This document shows positions 19,426 to 27,871 of a stretch of 64,000 bases of DNA, piece after piece. Source of the stretch: Longimicrobiales bacterium. Its GTDB lineage: Bacteria; Gemmatimonadota; Gemmatimonadetes; Longimicrobiales; Gaopeijiaceae. The stretch is taken from NCBI GenBank assembly GCA_965197725.1, contig CBDANQ010000059.1, forward strand, positions 32,001 to 96,000, given 5' to 3'. Under the pieces are notes generated by a model, which searched no databases, had not been told where the DNA came from, and saw only the letters and a program-made list of their open reading frames with translations. Each line of letters begins with the position of its first letter. Positions within the stretch are counted from its first letter, which is position 1. Position numbers and translations under genes: made by a program.

Positions 19426-19659
19426 CTAGCGCCTGACGGATCTGAGGAACGCGCCGCCACCTGACACGACCGCTCCATATACGTTGCCCGCTGCGTCGAC
19501 GGCCACCCCTTCTGGATTCGAGCCATCGGGATAAGGCAGGTCATTGATCGGGTCTGACACCTGAGCGACGGCTTCTCCTAGGGGTGCCGCAGCCGCCAGA
19601 AAGCGCCCCACCGCAAGGGTCGACCTCACTCGTTTCACGACCGTCACGACGCTCCGCAC
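19426..19659 (-). pseudogene. Internally deleted NHL-repeat protein (N-terminus joined to C-terminus)
   Basis: Signal-like N-terminus and AQVSDPINDLP followed directly by a single NHL blade, PEGVAVDAAGNVYGA; only 77 aa. Confidence 0.55.
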
Positions 19660-19880
19660 CTGTTGCAGGCTTCCTCTCTCCTGACCCGGATGGGGAGACT
19701 AGATGGTGTGGGGAGGCCGGGCAAGGGAAGCTGCGCAACGAGTAGGTCGGGCTTCGATGCGAGCGCCTCGCTTTCCGCCTGGCCGGTCAGCGGGGCAGGT
19801 GCGACGGCCAGTAGCAGCCCGATCGCGAGGACCGGGCCGACGAGCACGGGACGGAGTCGGGGCGTAGAGGGCTCTACCAC
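19644..19880 (-). CDS. Short ORF with signal-peptide-like N-terminus, probably a truncated gene
   Basis: VLVGPVLAIGLLLAVAPAPLTGQ followed by unrecognisable sequence. Confidence 0.3.
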   Translation of the reverse strand: MVEPSTPRLRPVLVGPVLAIGLLLAVAPAPLTGQAESEALASKPDLLVAQLPLPGLPTPSSLPIRVRREEACNRCGAS

Positions 19881-19967
19881 CCTCCCGTCACCACCATCGG
19901 ATCGGACGTCAAGAAGAATTGATACCGCCGAAGTGTGTTTCGGATGATCCTTCCATCTTCTCCAGGG

Positions 19968-21020
19968 TCAGGTTCCGGACGCTTCCGGCCTCAATGAGCG
20001 CACCTGCTTGCCCGCGCGCCAGATCTCCTCGTCGGCGAGCTCGGCCAACTCTTTCTCCAACCCCTCTCGGTAGTCGTCCGCGCTGCACGTCTCGATCACG
20101 ATCCGGGCCTCGTCTCCTGAGCTGACACTCTGATACAGCTCATCGAAGAGTGGAGCTACGGCGTCTCTGAACCGATGGCGCCAGTCGAGCGCCCCACGCT
20201 GGGCTGTCGTCGAGCAGTTCGCGTACATCCAGTCCATGCCGTTCTCGGCCACCAGGGGCATGAGGCTCTGAGTGAGCTCCTCGACCGTTTCGTTGAAAGC
20301 CTCGGATGGCGAGTGCCCGTTTTTTCGCAGGCAGTTGAACTGAGCCTCGAACACACCGGCGATCGCGCCCATCAGGACGCCGCGTTCGCCCGTCAGATCG
20401 GAGAGGACCTCCTTACGGAAGTCGGTCTTGAACAAGTACCCGGAGCCGACCCCGATGCCGAGCGAGACGACCCGGTCCTTCGCTCGACCGGTCGCGTCCT
20501 GGAAAATGGCGTAGCTCGAGTTGAGTCCTTTTCCCTGAAGGAAAAACCGACGCAGTGAAGTTCCCGAACCCTTCGGCGCGATCAGGACGACGTCGATGCC
20601 CTCGGGGGGGATGACCCCCGTGTCTTCCTTGAAGGTGATCGCGAAGCCGTGGGAGAAGTACAGGCACTTTCCGGGCGTCAGGTGGGACCGGATCGTACTC
20701 CACTGCGCGATCTGACCAGCGTCGGACAGCAAGTACTGAATGATGTCGCCCCTCCTGGCTGCCTCATCGATCTCGAAGAGGTTGTCCCCATCGACCCAAC
20801 CGTCCGCCACGGCCTTGTCCCAGCTCCTCGTGCCCCGCCTTTGGCCGACGATCACGTCGAAGCCGTTGTCCTTCAGGTTCAGAGCCTGTCCCGGTCCCTG
20901 AACGCCATATCCGAGCACCGCGATGGTCTCACTCGCGAGGCACTCGCGGGCTCGGTCCAACGGCCACTCGTCTCGAGTGATCACGTTCTCCAACTCGTCG
21001 CCAAACTGAATCTGTGCCAT
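19968..21020 (-). CDS. ilvC: Ketol-acid reductoisomerase (Ilv5/Bacteroidetes-like type)
   Basis: GYGVQGPGQALNL, FSHGF, APKGSG, SDLTGERGVLMG and NCSTTAQRGALDW motifs. Confidence 0.95.
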   Translation of the reverse strand: MAQIQFGDELENVITRDEWPLDRARECLASETIAVLGYGVQGPGQALNLKDNGFDVIVGQRRGTRSWDKAVADGWVDGDNLFEIDEAARRGDIIQYLLSDAGQIAQWSTIRSHLTPGKCLYFSHGFAITFKEDTGVIPPEGIDVVLIAPKGSGTSLRRFFLQGKGLNSSYAIFQDATGRAKDRVVSLGIGVGSGYLFKTDFRKEVLSDLTGERGVLMGAIAGVFEAQFNCLRKNGHSPSEAFNETVEELTQSLMPLVAENGMDWMYANCSTTAQRGALDWRHRFRDAVAPLFDELYQSVSSGDEARIVIETCSADDYREGLEKELAELADEEIWRAGKQVRSLRPEASGT

Positions 21021-21024
21021 GTCT

Positions 21025-21074
21025 CCTGTGCCTCTGTGTGCTCGAGTCGCCTGTGCCTCTGTGTGCTCGAGTCG
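21025..21074. repeat. 25-bp perfect tandem duplication in the ilvN-ilvC spacer
   Basis: cctgtgcctctgtgtgctcgagtcg at 21025-21049 and 21050-21074. Confidence 0.92.
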
Positions 21075-21104
21075 CCGGACGTGGGCGTTGGGTTGATGCG
21101 GAAA

Positions 21105-21611
21105 CTAGTCCCGTGCGGGGGCGCCGAAAATCGGTGAGCCCCGGGCCACCGCAATGGCGCCACTCCGCGCCACGGACTCGATCTCGGCCAAGCGCGCCAG
21201 GTCCTTCATAAAGCGGTCGATCTCGGGCCCACTCCCGATCAGCTCCAAGGTGCCATGCCCCTCGTCGTAAGCAAGGACATGCCCGCCAAATTCCTCCAGC
21301 ATCGCCGCCAGCCACGCTCGCGAATTGTCGGGCGTACGCACCTTGAGCAGGGCGAGCTCGCGCTCAATATGGTCTACGCCCGTCATGTCCGCGATGCTCA
21401 CGACGTCTACCAGCTTGCCGAGCTGGTTGAAGATCTGACGGATGACGTCGTCCGAGCCCAACGTGACCAGAGTCAGTCGCGAAACCGCCACGTCGTCCGT
21501 GGGCGCGACGTTCAGGCTCTCGATGTTGAAGCCACGGGACGAAAAGAGGTTGGCGACACGGGACAGCGCCCCGGCGTGATTCTCGAGCAGAATGGAGATG
21601 ATGTGTCGCAT
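21105..21611 (-). CDS. ilvN: Acetolactate synthase small (regulatory) subunit
   Basis: MRHIISILLENHAGALSRVANLFSSRGFNIESL ACT domain; ARSG at the C-terminus. Confidence 0.93.
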   Translation of the reverse strand: MRHIISILLENHAGALSRVANLFSSRGFNIESLNVAPTDDVAVSRLTLVTLGSDDVIRQIFNQLGKLVDVVSIADMTGVDHIERELALLKVRTPDNSRAWLAAMLEEFGGHVLAYDEGHGTLELIGSGPEIDRFMKDLARLAEIESVARSGAIAVARGSPIFGAPARD

Positions 21612-21678
21612 TTGGAAAGTTGGGCTCGGAAGCGTAGCTATTGCAATGGGCCTGGTCCTCGTGGAGTTTGCACCCCTC

Positions 21679-23529
21679 ATGAATATCAAGGATCCAACGC
21701 AGCCAGACCGGACACATCTGCTTGCCGGCCGGATCATGAGCGGTGCAGAGATTCTCGTGCAAGTGCTGGCCGACGAGGGTGTCGCTACCGTGTTCGGCTA
21801 CAGTGGCGGCGCGATTCTGCCCACCTACGACGCCGTCTTCCGGTACAACGAGGAGCACGCCGAAGGCGACGTCGAGCCCATGCCCCTCGTCGTCCCGGCC
21901 AACGAGCAAGGTGCCGGGTTCATGGCCGCCGGCTATGCGCGCGCAAGCGGGGGCGTCGGCGCGGTGATCGTGACCTCGGGTCCGGGGGCGACGAACTGCG
22001 TCACCCCGGTCCGGGACTGCATGGCGGACTCTATCCCCATCGTGGTCATTTGCGGGCAGGTGCCGACGGCATCGATCGGGACGGACGCCTTCCAGGAAGC
22101 ACCCGTGGTGGCCATCATGGGCGCCGTCGCGAAACACGTGCTTCTGGTGACGGACGCGGAGCAGCTCGAAGCCACCGTGCGCACGGCCTTCGAGATCGCC
22201 CGTACGGGACGGCCGGGACCGGTGGTCGTGGACGTTCCCAAAGACTTGCAGAACTGGGAGGGGGCCTTTCGCGGTGAAGGCCGACTGGAGATCCCCGGCT
22301 ACCGGCAGCGACTGGACGTCATCCAAGCCAACACCCTGAGCGAAGACCGTTGTGCGGAGTTCTTCGCGATGCTCGCGGAGAGTAGGCGACCGCTGATCTA
22401 CGCCGGTGGGGGAGTCATCAAAGCGAACGCGAGTTCGGGACTTCGCGCCCTGGCCGAGACCTTCGAGATCCCCGTCGTCACCACGCTCATGGGGCTGGGC
22501 TGCATGGATACCACCCGGCCGCTCTCCCTCCACATGCTGGGCATGCACGGGACCGCGTATGCAAACTACGCTACGGACGACTGCGATCTACTGATCGCGA
22601 TGGGCGCTCGCTTCGACGACCGTGTGGCGGGCGTCCCGACACACTTCGCGGCCAATGCGCGCCGCGTCCTCCACTTCGACATCGATCCCTCGGAGATCAG
22701 CAAGGTCAAGAATGCCGACTGGCACTACGTGGGGTGCTTGCGGGAGGCTCTCGATTCTCTCGTCGCCCATGGCTCTGGGACGGGGTTTTCGGGAGACTTC
22801 TCCGAGTGGCACGCCGAGATCGCCAACCTCAAGTCCACGTACGCTCTGAACTACGACCGCGAGAGCGAGCTCGTCCAGCCCCACTACGTGCTCGAGACCA
22901 TGAACCGCATCACCAAGGGCGAGGCGATCGTCTCGACCGGCGTGGGCCAGCATCAGATGTGGGCTGCACAGTACTGCGACTTCCGGGAGCCGCGCCTGTG
23001 GCTCACCTCGGGCAGCATGGGCACGATGGGCTTCGGTCTGCCGGCGGCGATCGGCGCACAGTTCGCGTGCCCGGACAAGCTCGTCATCGTCGTGGACGGT
23101 GACGGCAGCATGCGCATGAACCTCGGCGAGCTGGAGACCGTGACGACCTATGATCTGCCGATCAAGGTCATGGTGCTGAACAACTACGGCGACGGCATGG
23201 TCATGCAGTGGCAGCGGCTCTTCTTCAAGGGACGGCTGTCGGGGAGTGACAAGTCCCTGCGCAAGAAGGACTTCGTGAAGACCGCCGAAGCCGACGGGTT
23301 CCAGTACGCCAGGCGGTTGGATCGCAAGGAGGACGTCCTCCGAATGCTGGAGGAATTCCTGAGCTTCGACGGCCCCGCATTCCTGGAGGTGATCATCGAC
23401 CCGGGGGCCGGCGTATACCCCATGGTGGGGCCGGGTCTCTCCTATCGCGACATGATCACCGGCGACTTCATTCCCGACCGGTACGATGTGGAGGAGCCCG
23501 AAGAGCCCGACGCCTCAGAGATGTTCTGA
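21679..23529 (+). CDS. ilvB: Acetolactate synthase large subunit
   Basis: FGYSGGAILP, TSGPGATN, GARFDDRV, GVGQHQMWAAQ and GDGS...LNN ThDP motif. Start at 21679 or 21736. Confidence 0.95.
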   Translation: MNIKDPTQPDRTHLLAGRIMSGAEILVQVLADEGVATVFGYSGGAILPTYDAVFRYNEEHAEGDVEPMPLVVPANEQGAGFMAAGYARASGGVGAVIVTSGPGATNCVTPVRDCMADSIPIVVICGQVPTASIGTDAFQEAPVVAIMGAVAKHVLLVTDAEQLEATVRTAFEIARTGRPGPVVVDVPKDLQNWEGAFRGEGRLEIPGYRQRLDVIQANTLSEDRCAEFFAMLAESRRPLIYAGGGVIKANASSGLRALAETFEIPVVTTLMGLGCMDTTRPLSLHMLGMHGTAYANYATDDCDLLIAMGARFDDRVAGVPTHFAANARRVLHFDIDPSEISKVKNADWHYVGCLREALDSLVAHGSGTGFSGDFSEWHAEIANLKSTYALNYDRESELVQPHYVLETMNRITKGEAIVSTGVGQHQMWAAQYCDFREPRLWLTSGSMGTMGFGLPAAIGAQFACPDKLVIVVDGDGSMRMNLGELETVTTYDLPIKVMVLNNYGDGMVMQWQRLFFKGRLSGSDKSLRKKDFVKTAEADGFQYARRLDRKEDVLRMLEEFLSFDGPAFLEVIIDPGAGVYPMVGPGLSYRDMITGDFIPDRYDVEEPEEPDASEMF

Positions 23530-24228
23530 CGGGTCTGCGGGCGACCCCTCACCTGGACTCAGGAGACCGACCAGCTTGTGCAGGTGAGGGCCTGCGTCCC
23601 GAGGAGATGCGCAGCGAGGGAGGCACATAATGCCTGCCGCACCGAGCTGCCAAGGGGTCGCCAGGAGGAACTTCTCGAGGGCCGCGGCGTTGCTCCCGGT
23701 CGATTCGTCAGGCGTTGATGGGGCCGAGAAAACCACTCCGAGAGCCTCGACGCCACCTGAGGTCGCCACGGCGATGCTGAGAAGCACGGAATTCAATACT
23801 CCGAGCTGGTCTGGGGCGACGATCAATACCGGCGCGGACAGTTCGATCGCCAGATCGAGTGAAGTCTTGCTCCAAGTCAGCGGCGACAGGAGTCCGCCCG
23901 CACCCTCGATCAGCACGATGTCCGCGGACGAGGACTCGATACGCTTCAGCCAATTCGACCAATCGAGAATCCTTCCCTCCGCATCGGCCGCAACCGGTGG
24001 CGCAACTGGTTTCGACAGGATCGTCAACGCTTCCCGCGGCCCGACCTGACGGGTTGCGGCGGCGATCACGAAACCGTCCCGCGAATCTGGCGGAACCGTG
24101 TCCGCCCCTGACTCCACGGGCTTGATCGCGGTCACCGTAATGAGCCTCTCGGACAACGCCAGCCCGAGAGCGGCCGTGACGAATGTCTTGCCGACTCCAG
24201 TACCCGAGCCCGCGACCACGAGTCTCAA
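23515..24228 (-). CDS. bioD: Dethiobiotin synthase
   Basis: GSGTGVGKT, KPVESG and IEGAGG motifs. Confidence 0.9.
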   Translation of the reverse strand: MRLVVAGSGTGVGKTFVTAALGLALSERLITVTAIKPVESGADTVPPDSRDGFVIAAATRQVGPREALTILSKPVAPPVAADAEGRILDWSNWLKRIESSSADIVLIEGAGGLLSPLTWSKTSLDLAIELSAPVLIVAPDQLGVLNSVLLSIAVATSGGVEALGVVFSAPSTPDESTGSNAAALEKFLLATPWQLGAAGIMCLPRCASPRDAGPHLHKLVGLLSPGEGSPADPSEHL

Positions 24229-25556
24229 CCGAACTCGACCTCCAGGCCGTGCGCTAGTGCCGCAGCGATCTGAGTGATCTCGGGAAGCGTTACGGAAAGC
24301 GGTGGCATGAGCACAACCACATCACCGAGAGGTCTTAGGAAAACGCCCTCATCCCGAGCATGCCGACACACCCGAAATCCGCGGCGTTCCCCGACCGGGA
24401 AGGGGGATCGGGTTTCATGATCTTCGACGAGCTCGACGCCCACAGCTAGTCCATATTGCCGTATGTCTCCAACGCGGCTGTGCGACCGAAGTGACTCCAG
24501 CTCATCGGTGAGATGGGCGATCTTGGCTGGGAGACCTTCCAGGATGCCGTCGCTCTCGAAGATATCCAAGGTCGCGAGCGCCGCGACACAGCCGAGCGCA
24601 TTCCCCGTGTAGGTGTGTCCGTGGAAAAAAGTGCGGCCGTCCTCCGGCGCCCCGAGGAACGCGCTGAAAATCGCTTCCGTGGCGAGGGTCGCCGCAAGCG
24701 GCAGGTAGCCACCCGTCAACGCTTTCGCCATACAGAGAAGGTCCGGTGTCACACCTTCCCTCTCTGAGGCGAAGAAGCGACCGGAACGCCCCATGCCCAT
24801 GGCGACCTCATCGAAAACCAAGAGTACGTCGTGCTCCTGGGTCAACTGACGTACTCGACGCAGGTAGCCCTCAGGGTACGGGATCATGCCTCCGGCACCC
24901 TGCATGCCCGGCTCCAAGATCACCGCGATCAAGTGGTCCGACTTCTCCAAGAAGATTCTCTCGAATTCAGCCAGATGATCCGTGTCGGGATCACGGTACA
25001 CGTAGGGTGAAGGCGCCCGAACGACGTCGAAGAGCAGCGGGCGAAACCTGGCGTGGAACAGATCGATGCCCCCGACGGACACCGCACCGACGGTGTCCCC
25101 GTTGTAGCCGTTTCTAAGCGCCATGAAGCGATTACGACCGGTCCGCCCACTTTGTTGGCAGAACTGATGGGCCATCTTGATGGCGATTTCGGTGGCCGTC
25201 GATCCATTGTCCGAAAAGAAAACTCGCGTCAGGCCGGAAGGTGCGAGGTCGACCAGGCGCTTTGCCAGAACCACTCCGGGACCGGAAGCGTTACCCAGGA
25301 AAGTGGCGTGGGCGATCCGGTCCAATTGGTCCCGTATCGCTTGGTCGATCTCATGCCGCCGATGGCCGAACGGGCTGCACCAAATCGAAGCCACGGCGTC
25401 CAGATACCGGTTGCCGTCCACGTCGATCAGATAGTGCCCGTCCCCTTCGACTACCATGAGAGGTTGGTCCTGTCGATACGTCGAGTGTGGCGTGAACGGG
25501 TGCCAGACGTGCGCGTCATCCCACGCGATCAGCGTGTCCTTGTCGGGAAGCTCCAT
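24225..25556 (-). CDS. bioA: Adenosylmethionine-8-amino-7-oxononanoate transaminase
   Basis: HVWHPFT, SDNGSTA, DEVAMG, AKALTGGYLPL and FFHGHTYTGN motifs. Confidence 0.95.
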   Translation of the reverse strand: MELPDKDTLIAWDDAHVWHPFTPHSTYRQDQPLMVVEGDGHYLIDVDGNRYLDAVASIWCSPFGHRRHEIDQAIRDQLDRIAHATFLGNASGPGVVLAKRLVDLAPSGLTRVFFSDNGSTATEIAIKMAHQFCQQSGRTGRNRFMALRNGYNGDTVGAVSVGGIDLFHARFRPLLFDVVRAPSPYVYRDPDTDHLAEFERIFLEKSDHLIAVILEPGMQGAGGMIPYPEGYLRRVRQLTQEHDVLLVFDEVAMGMGRSGRFFASEREGVTPDLLCMAKALTGGYLPLAATLATEAIFSAFLGAPEDGRTFFHGHTYTGNALGCVAALATLDIFESDGILEGLPAKIAHLTDELESLRSHSRVGDIRQYGLAVGVELVEDHETRSPFPVGERRGFRVCRHARDEGVFLRPLGDVVVLMPPLSVTLPEITQIAAALAHGLEVEFG

Positions 25557-25561
25557 CGTTC

Positions 25562-26566
25562 CTAGTCGGAGGTCGGAGTTTGAGGGACCACGGCGGGCTC
25601 GAAGCCAGCCTCGGCAATCATCCGCAAATCCTCGGATGACTTGGCGCCGGGCGTGGTCAAATAGCCTTCGGTGAACATCGAATTCGCGGCGAACAGCGCG
25701 AGCGACTGCATGGACCTAAGCGTGGCCTCACGTCCACCAGCGACCCTGAGGTCAACCTCCGGAAGCACGAACCGAAACATGGACAAGGCGCGCAAGCACG
25801 CCACCGGGCTCATGCGGGGCTTTGAGCCGAGGGGAGTTCCGGGCCTCGGATCAAGGAAGTTGAGAGGAACTGACTCGACCTCGAGCTCTCGAAGAAGAAG
25901 TGCCAGATCGACCCAGTCCGCCACGTCCTCACCCATCCCGAGGATTCCACCGCAGCATGCCTCCAAGCCGGCCGCTCTGGCCAGCTTCACGGTACTGACC
26001 CTGTCTTGGATCGAATGGGTCGTAACGATCTCGGGAAAGTGGCGCGGTGAGGTCTCGAGATTGTGGTTGTACCGATCGACGCCAGCCTGCTTCAGCTCGC
26101 CGGCCTGTCCATCGGCTAGCAGCCCCAAGGACGCACAGAGTCTGAGACCCGGCATCTCACCCTTGATCTGTCGGGAGGCCTCGCAGATGGTCTGAAGCTC
26201 CCTGGCAGACGGTCCGCGTGTGCTGGTCACCATGCAATAGGTCACGGCCCCGGAAGCCAGGGCGCCACGTGCGCCCGAAATAAGATCTTCTACCGTCTTG
26301 ATCGGGTAACGCTGCGCATCGCCCTCGTACCGTGTGGATTGACTGCAAAACTTGCAGTCCTCCGGGCAGAGGCCGCTCTTCGCGTTCTGAAGAACGTGCA
26401 GGTTCACCGATCGGCCATGAAATCGGCGCCGTATCTTGAACGCGGCACTCAAGAGCGTGAGGACCTCCACATCCGGGCTGGACGCCAGATCCATCGCCTC
26501 TTCTCGACTTATCGCAGAACCTGAGATGACCTCCTCAGCCATCCCATCGTAGTCTATCGAGTTCAT
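25562..26566 (-). CDS. bioB: Biotin synthase (radical SAM)
   Basis: NAKSGLCPEDCKFCSQ, YNHNLET and YLTT motifs. Confidence 0.96.
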   Translation of the reverse strand: MNSIDYDGMAEEVISGSAISREEAMDLASSPDVEVLTLLSAAFKIRRRFHGRSVNLHVLQNAKSGLCPEDCKFCSQSTRYEGDAQRYPIKTVEDLISGARGALASGAVTYCMVTSTRGPSARELQTICEASRQIKGEMPGLRLCASLGLLADGQAGELKQAGVDRYNHNLETSPRHFPEIVTTHSIQDRVSTVKLARAAGLEACCGGILGMGEDVADWVDLALLLRELEVESVPLNFLDPRPGTPLGSKPRMSPVACLRALSMFRFVLPEVDLRVAGGREATLRSMQSLALFAANSMFTEGYLTTPGAKSSEDLRMIAEAGFEPAVVPQTPTSD

Positions 26567-27777
26567 CGAGCTCCTTGTTTTCTCGGGGTGGGAGGTACTC
26601 GCGGTAGGATCCTGGACAGGGCCAGGAGAAGACCCTCTAGATCAGCGTCCGTGTGGACTGCGCTCACGGTGATTCTCAGTCTCGCCGTGCCCCGAGGGAC
26701 CGTCGGTGGCCGAATCGCGCCCACCAGGTATCCGGCGGCCAGGAGTTCATTCGCGATCGCGCTCGTCCGCTTCAAGTCTCCTATGACGAGCGGCAAGATA
26801 TGTCCGGGTATGTCCGTAGGAAGTGGCACCCCAATCTCTCGGAGCCCTTCACTGAGATACTTAGCGTTGGCCCACAGCGCATCGCGACGCCACTCTTCAC
26901 GTCTGGCAACGTCGAGCGCGGCAGTCACACCGGCTGCCAAGGCCGGAGGCGTGCCCGTCGTGAATATGAACGACCGCGCGCGGTTGAGCAGGAAGCGCCT
27001 AAGATCCTCGCTGCCCGCGACGAACGCTCCAGAGACGCCAAGCGCTTTGCCCAAGGTGCCAATGGTGACATGCACCATGCCGTGCACGCCGCAACGATCA
27101 GCCGAGCCTGACCCGTCTCGGCCCAGCACCGCGGTACCGTGAGCGTCGTCGACATAGCTCAGGGCTTGGTGGCGATCGCAAAGCGAGACGAGCTCCCGCA
27201 ATGGAAAGACATCCCCGTCCATCGAGTATACGCCCTCCACCACCACGAGTCGCCCGTCGTATTTCCTCTGGTCTTCGATGAGCAGACGCTCCAGCGTCAC
27301 CAGATCGCCGTGGGGAAACACGCGAGTCTCGGCGCGCGACAGCCGACACCCGTCGATGATCGACGCGTGATTGAGGGCGTCTGAGTAGATGACGTCGCGC
27401 GGCCCCGCGAGGGCCGGCAAAGCCCCCACATTCGCGGCATAGCCCGAGCTGAACAGGAGGGCCGCATCCACTCCCTTCAAGGCGGCAAGTTCCCGCTCAA
27501 CCGCCTCATGAAGCACGTGGTTCCCGGATATGGACCGCGAAGCCGCCGCCCCGACACCGACACACTCTAGCGAGTCTACGACCGCGGCGGTGACGTCCGG
27601 ATGGCTAGCGAGACCAAGGTAATCGTTCGACGAGAAGTCGACGACGCGCTGACCACCCAGCAGAATCCCCGCCCCTTCCCGCCCCTCGATCACCCTCAGG
27701 GAGCGAAGGAGACCCGCATGCTCTAGATTGTCCAGTGTTCGTTCGATGCCCTCCAGAGTGAGCCTGGTTCTCACCAT
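26563..27777 (-). CDS. bioF: 8-amino-7-oxononanoate synthase
   Basis: FSSNDYLGL, DALNHASIIDG, SMDGD, DDAHG, GTLGKA and IRPPTVP motifs. Confidence 0.94.
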   Translation of the reverse strand: MVRTRLTLEGIERTLDNLEHAGLLRSLRVIEGREGAGILLGGQRVVDFSSNDYLGLASHPDVTAAVVDSLECVGVGAAASRSISGNHVLHEAVERELAALKGVDAALLFSSGYAANVGALPALAGPRDVIYSDALNHASIIDGCRLSRAETRVFPHGDLVTLERLLIEDQRKYDGRLVVVEGVYSMDGDVFPLRELVSLCDRHQALSYVDDAHGTAVLGRDGSGSADRCGVHGMVHVTIGTLGKALGVSGAFVAGSEDLRRFLLNRARSFIFTTGTPPALAAGVTAALDVARREEWRRDALWANAKYLSEGLREIGVPLPTDIPGHILPLVIGDLKRTSAIANELLAAGYLVGAIRPPTVPRGTARLRITVSAVHTDADLEGLLLALSRILPRVPPTPRKQGAR

Positions 27778-27871
27778 TCCATAGCAGCCCCGGTTCGGTG
27801 GTCACGATCTACACCTAGGGGGGCCTACTCCATTCTCCGCGCTTGGATCCCGAAGACGAGTCCCGCCCCGC

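Noticed and set aside
21025..21074. Possible CRISPR repeat
   Set aside because: Two directly adjacent copies with no spacer and no cas genes; no CRISPR array seen anywhere in the window.
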